In this document: one piece after another, positions 50,631 to 64,000 of the stretch | How the letters are laid out: each line of letters begins with the position of its first letter | How positions within the stretch are numbered: position 1 is the stretch's first letter | NCBI GenBank assembly: GCA_040954595.2 | Contig: CM082595.2 | Coordinates: forward strand, 8,290,317-8,354,316 | Reading direction: 5' to 3' | DNA: 64,000 nt | DNA from: Balanoglossus misakiensis | Lineage: Eukaryota > Animalia > Hemichordata | Notes under the pieces: generated by a model | Databases searched by the model: none | What the model saw: only the letters and a program-made list of their open reading frames with translations | What the model was told of the DNA's origin: nothing | Made by a program: the position numbers and the translations under genes

Positions 50631-51728
50631 TTAAACATTGTATTCAAGCCTGGGTCTGGACTTGGATGCAATTTGTCAATAATAACAGTGATTGGTAACT
50701 GCATGTTTTCATAACTGGCTATCTGTTAAAGAGACCAGCTGTTCTTTTTGCTGTGTGTACAGTACACATGCCATTGGCAGCTTATGGCTTAGTCAGTGTT
50801 TGCCTGTTGATTTCTCTATGTGTGTGTGTCAGTCTGTCTGTATATGTACTCCGGTGTAGACTTTTTTATTGTGTTATCCCTGAATGGGACCACTGTGTCC
50901 TTAACGCGATGTTTTACACTCAGCAGCGATATTTTGTCTAACACGAGCAAAAATATCCCCAACTCGTCTGAGAAATCTTATACCAGGTCCTAAGGTTGTG
51001 AGATTTATGGAATCTCACACTCCCAAGACTTGGGATCATATTTCTCACATGTGTTGAGGATTTTCTGTCCCAAACAAGCTGCAGGCGAGTGTTGGACAAA
51101 ATATCCCTGACGAGTGTGAGAAATATGATCCCAGGTCCTTCATGTATGAGATTATATTTCTCATACGGCCACAAATTAGCCAAATTCATCTGAAAACATT
51201 GAATAAATGACTCTTGAACTGTCATCTGGCATGTTGTAGTTTCTGTATCGCGTCATAGGATAACATTTAACACACGTTATTAAAGAACACTTTGTCATCC
51301 AATCAGCGATCGCGTCATATAAAGCTTTCGATTCAGTGAGAATGTGGGATTGATTTGTTCTCACACTCTGATCCCACACTCTCAGCATGCCAGGAGTGTG
51401 AGAATCTATTTAGATCTACGAGTTTGAAATCTTAGGTGAAGAGTTTATCAATTTCACTGCCAACCCTGTAGGGCATTCTGGGATATGTGTTCATGCCAAA
51501 ACACAAACAGTTATGACCTGACAGCTCAGTTTGTAAATCATTTCTACAAATCCACAAAGAGACTCAAAGTTTAGAAAAGTTGTGTCTGTTAGAAATATTA
51601 GAAATATTACTGTTAATACTTAATTTCAAAGCCATGTGAATTTGTTCACTTTAGGGAAATTTTTAAAGGAAGGGAGGATTGGTATTGACTTGAATAATTA
51701 CAATGGATGTTTTGTTCTCCATTTTCAG

Positions 51729-53965
51729 ATGTGAATAATGAGTGTTCAGATTCTGTTTGTGCTGGAGGGTGTCTAAATGCAGAGGGTGGATTCAGCTGTA
51801 GTTGTGGTGATGATGGTTTCTCTCTGAGTGCAGATCATGTCAATTGTTTAGGTAAGTTTTTTTTGAGTGGGGAGGGGATAGACCAACAATTGCTTTGCAT
51901 TTCCTGCCTCAAAAGGGCGCTTACACATGTTGTATGTGACAAAGATTACAGCGAGTCACCATGTAAAAAAAATAATAAATAAAAGTTATCAGGCACTTTC
52001 CAAAGTTACACATTTAGAAAAAAATGAGTTTGTTGTCTCGTGTGTGATATTTTTGGCTAACAAAACACTAGCTTCTAATGTGGTTACTACATTGTTTGTT
52101 TATCAGTATACAGTACTGGTACAGATAAACATATGATATGACCAAGTTATATGCCAGATGATATTTATCAAGTTTCACACAATTTTGCTCTCTTGTCGTA
52201 TATTTTTTTCAAAGCCAACTGTACATGTAATTCAGATGTATTCATTCAAACACAATTTATCATATTTGTGTTTTCAAGCTGGTTGGTCACCATGCCAACA
52301 AGCATGTTACAACACACCAACCAGTTACCAGTGTGGTTGCAGACCAGGATTTAAGTTGCACAGAAATCAACAAACATGTGTCGGTGAGTATCTACAATTG
52401 GGAGAAAGTAAGATGTAGGTATTTGTGCAATGTAAGTGTCCAATACATGTACATATGTGACACTGAAATTACACATTGTACACTCAATAATTGGTAAATG
52501 TCTATTATTCATGACACAAATCAACATACAGTCAAACCTCTGTGACTGGCCACCTCTATTAAACAGCCACCTCTATATAGTGCCCACTTTATTCTAGTCC
52601 CTGTGTAATTTATATCTACATTAATTGACTTTTCTACCAGGTATAATGGCCACCTGTCTATAAAGGCCAGTTTAGGAAAGTCCCTTCACTAGCCATAATG
52701 GACAGGTTTGACTGCACTTGTGTTGATTTCTGTCTGTAATACGTGTAACACAATCATAAATTTTTTCATAAAGAGGGCACACTTCCAAAATAAGGTGTCA
52801 TCTCCAAGCAGACAATGTGAAAAAGGAGGCCAGTTGGTTACTGTTGGAGTACTGCTCGAGCTCATCTACTTTGTTGTATACATGATACAAGTTGCGTGTA
52901 AAACTGACCTTACAATAAAATGTGGCTGTCGAAAGTCTGTCCCAACTATAGTGTTGATACACAAGACAAAGTTTTTACTCTTTGACCAACTGGCCTCATG
53001 GTTGCGTCTTGGAAGGGCACCCTCTTTATGAAAAAGGCATATGATATCACTACAAGGAATAAATTAACATGATAGAACATTGCTGATTAATGTCATAGAT
53101 CATGATAACATGAATGCATAGCAATGTTTTGTTACAATTTGGTACATAAAGAAATGGACTACTGTGACAGTATTGACTCTGGGCACTACGTAGATGATTC
53201 CCAGCCTCAAAATTCTGACTTGCTTCACCGTTGGAAGAAGTCAGTTTTCAGGTTAACATGTATATTTGTACAGAGTGTGGCATTAGTGAGTGGTTGCATC
53301 ACATCAATGCATGACAAAAGGTCATCACTGTGTAAGACTCAGAAATAGAATTTGAATACAAATCCTATTAAACAAAATATTCTAAAATTTACATGTTATT
53401 TTTAACACCTGTTTACTCCTATAAAAGTGAGTGCATGTGTTTTCGAGTTCTCTTCAATCCAGAAGCCACTGTATAGGCCTTAGTTGGTGCATGTAGCTCC
53501 TAGACTTAGAAATAAAGACGCCTCAAGTCCAGTTGACCATCTCACACTTCTGGCACTGGTGGGATTCAAACCAACGCCATCGAAATGACTGCAGGTGTCT
53601 AAAACCCCTTGACTGTAGGACACAAATGCCTGACAGTGATATAACTATGTTATAATGTTACGTCGACACTACATAAGTTTGGGGATATGTTGTCTCAAAT
53701 GATGAAATTGAGAAAAATTATCCCCATCTTGTTATAATCTGAGCCCAGTTGTCTTTGGTGTGAGATTCCAGTAGTCAAGAGTAGGCTTACCTTGAATAAT
53801 GTAATGCTTGTAAATAATTTCTAATTTCCTCTTACCCTCCAGATATGAATGAATGTCACAGTGGTGGAAATGCGTGTCAACACTATTGTCAGAATACCCA
53901 TGGTAGTTATCTCTGCGCTTGCAGACAAGGCTTCAATGTGCTGGAGGATGGCCATGCATGTGCAG
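51729..53965 (+). other. three consecutive intact EGF exons (51729-51851, 52279-52383, 53843-53965) of a fibrillin/fibulin/SCUBE-like gene fragment
   Basis: Phase 1-1 exons encoding DVNNECSDSVCAGGCLNAEGGFSCSC…, [22 protein letters not shown]… and DMNECHSGGNACQHYCQNTHGSYLCAC…. Flanking exons carry stops. Confidence 0.75.
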
Positions 53966-54585
53966 GTATGTAACTGTGGATATTGATCTCTTCTGTGGCT
54001 ACACTGTTTGGGGATTGTATATTGCTATGGTTACAATAAAACATGCATCCTGTCTGTCCATTGCACACATTTTAAAATTTGAAATCAACCGCACACTCGT
54101 ACTGAACACATGTTTGTTGAAATTGTATCTCAGAATTTTTCCATTTATAATTATGCATAATATAAACAAATTAACAAATGTGAAATTTTATCTTTGAAAA
54201 TTTGTTTGCAAGGGTGAAAAAGTAATCTGTTTTTTTAAAAATCAGACAAAGTTTTGCTGACAGGGTACACAAGTTTCAGGGGATTTTGTCAAAATGAGAA
54301 TGATAGAGAGTGTTAAAATTCCTAGAAAGAGATTGCCATGGATATTGAGGACTTTGGTGTAAAAACAATCAACTGATCAATTAATATGTGGTTACGAATA
54401 TGTGTCATCAACCTCACCTTCTATCCACAATGCTGGATCTATAGACAGTTTTAAAAGGGGTTTAAAAACTCGTCTTTTTATTCTGCACAATTTCATTCCA
54501 TTGCTTTTTTTGGTTTAAAGGGAATGTCTTTCAGAACTGTTTTGGTTTCTTTGGGGTTTTTAAGTGTAATTTTTTTATCCTTTAA

Positions 54586-57500
54586 AGAGCATATCTTAGC
54601 TCGAAACACACTTTGAGGATAAATAATAATTGGGCGTGTGTGTTAAATGCTGGTGTCCTTTTACTTATTTCATATGGATAAATAAATGTTAAATTTAAAA
54701 ATGTTCAGGGCCTGAGAAAAAACTTCTGTTTGGGCCACGCCCATTTCTGTGACGTCACAAGAGGAACCCATTTACGTTTGCAAGACTGTACATTGCAGTG
54801 GTTGAATTGCAATCATACATGTCTGTGATCTAAACAGCTTTGCTGGGTCAGCCTCTGGATCCCCCGTTCCATTCAAAATAAATGTACATATATACCTTTT
54901 CATCTAGGGGAGATGCGATTATGAAAAAAATAACACTACTCGGCCCGGTTAGGCTACGGCTACGCATTGCAAGCAGTACACAACATGCAATGGCAGCGGA
55001 TGTGTATAGGCACCTTACACATACAATGATTGCTGCCTCGATTAAGATGGGTCCCCCGTATCTTTTTGCTCCTTTCTATGGGCCTGTATAGGACACTACA
55101 CTCAATTTTGATCGAAACCGTTATGAACGTCCGACAAGGGGCTTGTAACTAGTTAAAAATACACACGATCGTGTGCACACCCCCTGTCCGAGTATGTTTA
55201 CGGCAGCTACCGCCCGGCCATAGGCCGCCACGCTAATACGGCAAAGCAGCGGTCAGCGATGGCGTGCGCGTCATGTAACCACAGTAACTGGATCGAACGC
55301 TAAAAATCCAATGTTTTGTACACAGAGATTTTGTACCGTTCACGAAAATCCCTAAGGCTTTTTTCATAGGCCACGTACGCCAGTCAAATTTGACCTGCTT
55401 GTTGAGAACGCACTTCCACACAGTGTGATGGATCGTTTTTTCGGTTTTCGTCGTGCTAAGAAGCGATACCGGTGGAAGAGTGCGTCCAAAAACACCTAAA
55501 ATCGATGACTTTTTCCGCTGTGGTACGGGTATGCTGAAATCGTAGGATACAACGATAATATTCAAAAACAAAATCCGTCACGATCTTCCCTGGTTCAAGC
55601 AACTAATGAATACGTATCAAGTTCGTTTTTGAGGTCACGGAATAAAAAGCCTTAGGCTTTTGAAATTTGACCTAGCTAATTTGCATATCAATGGCGTCAG
55701 GGGGCGCGCGCTCACAATCGTGCAGATTTTCAACTAGTTACCAGCCCCTCGTTAGACTCTGAAAACGGCTTAGTCCAAATCGGGGTGTAATGTCCTGCAA
55801 AGGCCCATAGCAACGGGCAAAAAGATCCGGGGGACCCATCTTAAACCGTGGAATATTGCCCAGAGGTTTAGGACTAGAGTGTTGGGTCTCAATCTACTTA
55901 TCTTGGACAATGTCAACTTATTGACAACTGATATATCGTGGTCTTTTGGCGATTTTCGATCACTGCCTCAACAGACAAAATACGCGCGTGTTATTACAAG
56001 GGAACTCCATCAGCGCCGATGCGTGTACACGCAGTCAGCAGCGATGACACATATCGCGCCGCGATGTATATGTACCATGCCAGCACTAAAATTCTGTCTT
56101 CTGAATTACATGTAAGCTATATGCCTTTTTGGTGATGACAAACAGAAACATTTATGACTTGTCGCTGTAATCATGAAAGTTCCTTCACATGCTTCATACT
56201 GCATTATAACAAAATGAAACCATACAACCAACAGCAACAGGCGATCATGCCGGGCCGACCCACTCACGCTCACAAAGCATGAAACATTTTCATTGATACA
56301 CACGAATATCCAAGTTTGGAAACGGTTTTCACTCACACGAGGCAAAATTTATTCAACACATTTTGTTTCAAAATTTGTACAGTGTGTTTTGGAGCCGATG
56401 AGTCGGACATAGTGCGTTCAAGTTTTCACATTGATTGCTGTCAACCTTAATTATCGAAGTTTGCGGTCCCTGGGTACCGGGTAGCCAGACGAAAGAGTGA
56501 ATAATTATAAGCAATCTCGACATGATGTCGGCCAGCGCAAAATTGTGTTTACGCATCCTGCCAGTTCACCTACTACTGTGTAATCGCGGTCGCTGGAACA
56601 CTGAATGAACACCAATATCGGGTATAAACGATCAGTTGTGCTCTGAATTGAATATTGATCACTGGTCGACCTCTCCTACTGACAGGCTTCTATTTTCCTG
56701 TAAGGGTGTGGATTGTCTTCTCGTGATTCAAACCTGGCCGATTATCATTCAACGGTCATGCATTGACAGTTACGGCTGCCGCCGCCGGATGGCTTCATAT
56801 CCACCGTACAATATCGATGATCGTGGCATAGACTTTCATTGGTTTTCGGGGAATTCACACGGGTGACTTCCGTCTAGGTAATGTGTTGCTGCAACCACGG
56901 CAACCACCTCTTTTTCCCATTGTGGTATTACACAGAAAAGCACGAAAACACCGTATGTGGAAATTTCAGAAAATGAGCATTTTAAAAGCATGTCAGGCAT
57001 TTTTTGGTACAAGCTGGGAACAAGTTGTTTTTGGATATTTCGAATACGCTGATTTCGAATTTGCCTGTTCCCAAAAATTCTTTTCACGTTTTCATGTCGA
57101 AAATGGCAAATTAATTTGTGACGTCATAATTTCAAAATACCTAAAAGAAAACGCTGTTTGTAGCCATTATGGTGCAATATCACAGGTCAACACCATAATA
57201 GTCTATTGAAATCGTATTCTTATATTCATTTAAATACTTTTAAACAATTTGTTTAATTTAGAAACATTTGGTGAATTGGTAAAAATGCTAATTTATGTTA
57301 ATTAGGTGACACACCCATCTAAAATCAATGGGTCTACAAAAGAGAGCCAACGGTGTTAAGTGAGGTGTCTATTCCAATGTTTTCAGGGTCAAGGAATTCA
57401 AATATGCAATCGGTTACCTTGTCAGACAAGGTGCAGCATGGAAAATATGCAAAATTAGCTTAATTAGTCATGATGTCATGCTAAAATTAACAACTGAAAG

Positions 57501-60500
57501 CTAAAGATACGACTATGGCCTGTGAGGTGTCTATTCATATGTTTTTTGACAAATGTTTGCATTTTAATGAATAACTGAAATGAAACTTTCCATATTAGTA
57601 TGTAATAGCATGTAAAAAACAACAAAAACAAACAAACTAACAAACAAACAAACAAATAAACATACACAACAAGGATTTAGTTTAGACTGTACATGCTCGC
57701 TGGTAACATCGTGACCAACCGCTCCGTTAAAAAACACCAGAACAAAGAACGTATGAACGTTTAGGTCCACAATTCACAAGTTATTGAACTATGAATGTAT
57801 GTTCAATGCTGTGAAAAGCCAAAAACATACTTTTTGCCAAAAAAAATGACATTTGTTAACGTACAAGTTGTTCATTAATAGCGAAAGCACCGTATGGCCA
57901 CACTCACATTATGCCAGCACCGTATATTCATGCTTAGTTATAAGACGTTGAATGCACACTGATGGCCCGACGTCCTCATTGTTTTTTTGAAACCCGGTCT
58001 CTAACAACAATTTCTCTTCATAAGTAAAGAGTAATGTGTATTTTTATTACGGTTTTATATATGATACTGTGTGCAAAGTGAAGATTGTGTGTCAGTGAGG
58101 CAACATATATACATGTATATTTAATCCACTTGGGTGTCGTACTTGGCTCAGATGTGTGTTAATGTGTACTAAACAAATTCAGAGAGCGAGCCGCCAATAC
58201 AGATAATCTCACCCACAAAATACCAATTATAAAAAAACAAAATAAATTCATATTACAATATTTGAAACAAGAAACTGCTCAAAGAGTAATTTTCAAAATA
58301 TTTATCATCACTAAACTAGTTATAGGGGTAAATACAGGATCGAGATTCAGTCGCTAAAGAAATTCAAGTTTGGTAATAACACCGGTTACAACAAACTTAG
58401 TTAAAACATTGTATAGCCATAGATATATTATAATAGTGGCCTGGCATAAACAACATTTTCATAACATTTGGGCATTTTGTGATAAAAGTTTAACAAGTAA
58501 AGCTCAGTTGATTCGTTCTTTTCCCCATAAAAATATCTTTGATGAACAAAATTCCAAATTTAGTCAACCCAGGAAAAACGGCATCTTGTTTCTCAACCTT
58601 ATAAATTGATCTGACCAGTTTGAATCAGTGCAGAATCTAGCTTTTCTATTTTATCTTCATCAAATGATTCATGCAAATAAAGAATCACTTCCCCATAAAA
58701 TGGTGGCAGAAATCCAGTATCATGACAGTCGATTGGTTTGTTAAAGTTACTATAGAAACTAACTATGTCTAGGTTGCATGTACATAGATAGATGTTAGGA
58801 ATCCAAATCAAAATCTGTTTCAAACTTTTCATCCAATACTTGTCCTTCGGAAAGCGTTTTGATGAAGTCGCTTGAAGTGCTTTGTATTGCTCAAGTTATC
58901 GAAAATTTTAATCGCACCTTGATGATAGTCAGCAGTTCTATTTTGACATGTTATTTTGTGTATTTTTGAACCCCCAAAATCAAAGAATAAAATGATAAAG
59001 TGAAAATAAGCTTCAAAACACCAAAAGTCTTCAGGATCACAGCTTTTCTGTAAAGAGTAAGATTTCGCTTACTTCATGCTATTAAATGAAATGAAGTTTT
59101 CCGTAATATCTCTTGCAAAGTCAGATTACACATTGAGATATTAGAATGGAAGTACATTCCAAGTGACTTGTTGGGAGCATTGGGCCACCTAATCCCAGAA
59201 GATTGCAATAAAACCTGTTTTTCCATTTACCAATCTAAAGGCCAACTGCTTGTATATTTAGTTGGGTTTCTATAATTAACACACATTTTTGACAATATTT
59301 ATGGCATGATGGACACTATTCTCGACAAATAAAATAATGTTGTGTCCTCCACTGTAATTTTTATGAGTTTGGAATCATAGACACCATTTCTTTTTTGGTC
59401 AACTCTGTTAACAGTCGACAAAATTGCTGGAGTGGAACTGATACATGATCTAAAGTATCAAGACATATGGTCGATTATTAGCGTTTCAGCAATTCGACTT
59501 AAGTTTCTTAAATTTCCTATGGCATTTTGACAAACATCAACGCCCCGAAAAAACGTTGTCAACGCTGCGGTCGCGATTGTGGTCGAAACAAAGCCGACAT
59601 TTTCGCATGGTTCGTTACCTGGGGTCCATTTAGATTGCATTGCGTTTGAGGCCCTATGTGTACGTATGTCTGTCGACCAATACACGTGACGACCGCGGAC
59701 TCAGTTTGGATCAACGTCTATTTCGGGCAGTAGACTCTCCTATCAAGTTGATAAGGAAATTTTACCAGTCACGAGTAAGCCAAGCCCACATCCGTGTGCA
59801 AATCTGATATATCGGTGATCTGTTTATATGATTATCATTAGCTAAGGTGGTAAACTGTTGTGATTCATATGTGTAATTTACGTACTGCAAGTTAAATATC
59901 GCAATTAGCCTAATGTTTGACCATAGACAGTATGCTTTGATTTCTAGAAGAGCACCTATTAATCCGAGAACAAAGGGATTAAAAGTTACGCCGTTAAATT
60001 GTGTTTTAATAACTTACTTACCCTATAAGTAGTTTAGTAACCATAATATCTTTGAAAATCATTCTTTCCACAGTTCCTTGTATCAAATATAGAAATCTAA
60101 ATTTATTTTGGTGTTCACAGATGTTATTTGGTGGGTGAAATTATCTGTATTGGTGGCCATTTTGAAAAATTGGTTGCCATGGAAACTCATCAACAGATAT
60201 TTAGTGGCTCGCTATCTGAATTTGTTTAGTACACATTAACACACATCTGAGCCAAGTTTGGTGCTTTTATCACAAAATGCACAATCGCTATGAAAATTAG
60301 GGTTTGGCCGCTCCACTACAGGGCTTTAGACGGCCATATTGAATTGCCACATCGAGGCTCTTATCTCAAAATGAACTTCACACTTGAAGTATTGTTTTGA
60401 ACAAGGTTTAAGTCCTTTATTAAAATAAAGAAAAGGTAATTTTTTCCAATGGTTGTGAGTTTTCAGTACATGTACTGTTACACCTAGCTTTATTATTATT

Positions 60501-61072
60501 TGGTAGCCAAAAATCAACGAATTATTCATACAATATGCAAATTTGTGCATAATTATTGTTTTATTATTGCTATTTTGTGTTTATACAACCAAACAAGTTG
60601 TTGATGTAAACATGTAGTTTATTTTCATTGTTTAAGGAGGTACGTGAACATTTCTTTGATGCTATTCATGTGAGAATTGCGATCCTTGGCGGCCATATTT
60701 GATTTGCCAAAACGAGGCTCTTATCTCAAAAAGATCTTTTGGGAACAGGCATTTTCGAAATCAGCGTAGTCGAATTGACCAAAAAACATATTTGGTTTGC
60801 TTGTACCAAAAAATGCCAGAGGGGGTCACAATTTCTCAAATCTCCACCTGACTATGAAGGGTTCCTCTTGTGACGTCACGTCACATGACCAAAATGCAGC
60901 AAATCTGAACTCAGATTTTCAGGACAGGGTGGATTTTGAAGTATTTTATGAGAACAAAACAAATATTATAGAAATCGATACCCGAAAAATATTGTCACTT
61001 TTGGTAAATATTAGATTTCTTTCAATCATTTTTTAACCTTCTGATAAGATTTAAAAAGGCAAGATATGCTCT
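54586..61072. mobile_element. 6.5-kb Kolobok-like element packed with nested fragments
   Basis: TTAA|agagcatatctt…aagatatgctct|TTAA. Empty site atcctttaagctttc at 35266-35280. A 21-bp internal inverted repeat lies at ~54749 / ~60818. Confidence 0.85.
55046..55840. mobile_element. nested Kolobok-like MITE with ~115-bp imperfect TIRs
   Basis: TTAA|gatgggtcccccg…cgggggacccatc|TTAA. Confidence 0.8.
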
Positions 61073-61199
61073 TTAAGCTTTCACTTGTTTTCCAATTTTA
61101 TTATTTTCAGTAGAAAATGCACTAAGATGTATGTGTATTACGTTTGTCAGGATATAAATAATAATAAAATTAAAAATAATAAACTATCTTTGATTTCAG

Positions 61200-61307
61200 A
61201 TGTCAATAAGAGAGCAGATCTTTGTGAAGGCCAGTGTGTGAATACAGCAGGCTCTTTTTATTGCACTTGTTCTGTGGGATATTGATTGGTCAATGGAGAG
61301 TGTACAG
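61200..61307 (+). pseudogene. degenerate cbEGF exon (copy 4)
   Basis: 9-bp deletion removes ECM; a TGA after VGY is retained. Confidence 0.75.
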
Positions 61308-62339
61308 GTAAGACCAGCACAATATGTGGACAACGAAAGGTCCAGTATCTGTAACTTTTGAATTTTTATTCAGTATTTTTCTGGTTATCAACCATCATTT
61401 CTTGTTCAGCTCGATGAAGCAGGGTAAGCAATGTTGTTATGTTTAAACATTGTATTCAAGCCTGGGTCTGGACTTGGATGCAATTTGTCAATAATAACAG
61501 TGATTGGTAACTGCATGTTTACATAACTGGCTAACTGTTAAAGAGACCAGCTGTTCTATTTGGTGTGTGTACAGTACACATGCCATTGGCAGCTTATGGG
61601 TCAGCCAATGTTTGCCTGTTGATCTCTTGATGTGTGTGTGTGTGTGTGTCTGTCTGTATATGTACTCTGGTGTAGACTTTTTTCTTGTATTATCCGTGAA
61701 TGGGACCACCGTGTACTTAACGCAATTTCTTACACTCATCAGGGATATTTTGGCTTGTCTAACACGAGCTAAAAATATCCCCAACTCGTCTGAGAAATCT
61801 TTTACCAGGTCCTAAGGTTGTGAGACTAATAGAATCTCACACTCCCAAGGACTTGGGATCATATTTCTCACATGTGTTGAGGATTTTCTGTCCCAAACAA
61901 GCTGCAGGCGAGTGTGGGACAAAATATCCCTGACGAGTGTGAGAAATATGATCCCAGGTCCTTGGTGTGTGAGATTATATTTCTCACACGGCCACAAATT
62001 AGCCAAATTCGTTTAAAAACATTAAATAAATGACTCTTGAACTGTCATCTGGCACGTTGTAGTTTCTGTATCATAGGATAACATTTAGCTTTGTCATCCA
62101 ATCTGAATCAGCGCTCGTGTCATATACAGCTTTCAATTCAGTGAGAATGTGTGATTGATTTGTTGTTCATTGTTCAGGTGCACAACAGTGCACGTTAATT
62201 GATTGTCAAGGCCTCCAGCCCATAGGTAAGAGGGCATAAAGGTAATCAGAAAATTGTACGAAAATGAAATAAATAATACATGTACTCAAATAATATAAAT
62301 GACAACATCAAGCAGCACTTGTGTGGAAGTACGTACTCG

Positions 62340-63325
62340 GGATACAAAGTGAGGAACTTAGCAGATTAAGTTTTTTAACACATTTTCTCTGAGTTTAAAG
62401 GCATTGTAAACATAAATACTTGAGGATTCTGATGCGCTCATGATATTAACAAACATTTGAATGTGGGGAATTTTAGTGTAACCAATATATTGTTTTCTAA
62501 GACTGTCATATAAGGGGCAAACAAGTAAAAAGTGATACTCGTCTTCTATTTGTTCACCAGAGCATAGCCTACAGTGTCTCTCTGAAACGTCCACATTCTG
62601 ATCTCTTCCCTCCTCTATTGCAAGAGGAAGGGCAGAACAGCGAAAACATGCAAAAATGTCTTTGACATTACGTGTACAGTTGACATTAACTACTTTTCAG
62701 GCTGTAACAATGATTTAAAATGTGTGTATGTACGGAGTTTGGTTTTGGACGGACAGTGTGATTTCCATTGTTGCTTCAAAATATCTGAAATTCTTGTCTC
62801 AAATGCTGAAAGGAACAAACGCTTATCGCCTCTTTCCTGAGAAATCCAGGCGAAAATAAAATGTGTTTCACCGATGTTGCCCAAGTGTGACGGCCTAAAC
62901 AGTCAAGATTACGTATGTAGCATTAAATATGCTTGCCTAGGGAGTCTTTCCTGTGGCATCTCTATAAGTTTCACCCAGTAACGAATACAACGTTTCATTG
63001 TGTGAACATACACTGGCAACCGCCCACATTCTCCAATTACAGCTTCATTGGTAGTGCTCCTTGGCACACCTAGAAAAATTCTGCACCATGTTCTTTGCAC
63101 TTTTTCTATGATGTCATAAAACTCAAGTCTCCGATCCATAACAAAGAATGGGTAAGATCATGGCATCAAACACCTTGAAGTGACATTCAAATGGCATATA
63201 CCCTAGTTTCCACCTGGCAACTGAGAGTAGAAACAACACCTTGCTGGCTTGATTAGCCAATGTTTGCACTGCTCTGGACCAGGTGTTGCGATTAAACAAA
63301 AGTGAACCTAGGAGTTTGAACAATG
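62340..63325 (-). mobile_element. 5'-truncated, frameshifted non-LTR retrotransposon ORF2 3' end (RTEX/L2-like)
   Basis: ILPILCYGSE, IEKVQ…FLGVPRSTTNEAVIGECGRLP, KLRTY..FK and C..C…IEDEYHFLLVCPLYDSLR, spread over several frames. Confidence 0.8.
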
Positions 63326-64000
63326 TCCTTGTAATAGACAGGTTTTGGTTGAGACAGGTTTTACTGTATTTTGATACATGCTCTGGCTTAACCATTTCAC
63401 CACCATGGTACAGTCCAAACCCGTTGTTTTCTATGGTAAGGTTGGACCTCTAAAAAGGGAACTGGGAGGTTCTTTCTGGGAATCTCTTTATTTCTTCTGT
63501 CACAAAAATTGCATGGGAGTTCTAATTCTAAAAGGAGCACTGATTTGATAAAATATCTCAAAGTCAAGTTTTGGATGTGGCTCCAGTTCAAGTATTGTAG
63601 GTGACTAGTTTTCCGGAGTTCAAGTCTGTATACTTGCAGTAGAGTTGGTCACATGGACTTGGGTAATCTGAGTGTGGTCAGAAATTGAACTTACACACAC
63701 ACATTGATTGAGTTAAGAACATGTCTGGTGTATTACTGTAATATGACTAGATACTGCAAATGCATACACAATAAGCGTATGTTAAAATACACAGTTTTCA
63801 TTGATATATCTGATTCATGAAATTAAATACACATGTTCATTAAAACCCACTATGATAGAGCACCCCCACTGTTCAGAATGTCAGTTTTGAAGTCCTATAT
63901 CTATGACGTCATGCCTAGCTGTCAATGTTAACTGATGTGTACTTGTACTACTTGTAAATGGAAGTACTTTAAAGTAAAGCTCAGATGTAAGGGTTTTGTA

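Larger units (their letters stand above)
33170..62160 (+). repeat. four-copy tandem array of a ~4.3-kb EGF-exon unit (starts ~33170, ~37955, ~42280, ~53715), copies 3 and 4 expanded by insertions
   Basis: Collinear near-identical blocks; copies 2 and 3 are offset by 4327 bp. Identical spurious ORFs recur in the track. Confidence 0.9.

Noticed and set aside
58780-58870. THAP domain suggested by RFPKD..W on the minus strand
   Set aside because: No upstream C-x-x-C and no C-x-x-HF in frame; insufficient support.

Overview
Eukaryotic, probably invertebrate-animal, repeat-rich DNA with no intact host gene. The backbone is two decaying segmental-duplication arrays. One is a MED25 pseudogene fragment (VWA and low-complexity exons) duplicated in tandem (12396-19013 / 19014-32268). 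The other is a ~4.3-kb unit of calcium-binding-EGF exons repeated four times (~33170-62160). Three different tyrosine-recombinase (YR) elements are inserted, each with its empty site readable in a paralogous copy inside the window: an Ngaro retrotransposon (21093-26010), a DIRS1-type retrotransposon (44290-49946) and a 1.9-kb RT-less Crypton-like element with an intact YR ORF (27388-29296). Many MITEs, SINE/LINE fragments and a 180-bp satellite are also present. The most unusual observation is the Crypton-like element's terminus: a ~190-nt hairpin with a cGNAg triloop and three tandem GA:GA mismatches, favourable on one strand only, followed by a complement of the far terminus. A non-autonomous family of different sequence in the window shows the same fold, which suggests a YR that acts on folded single-stranded DNA. 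All calls were made by eye; no database searches were run.
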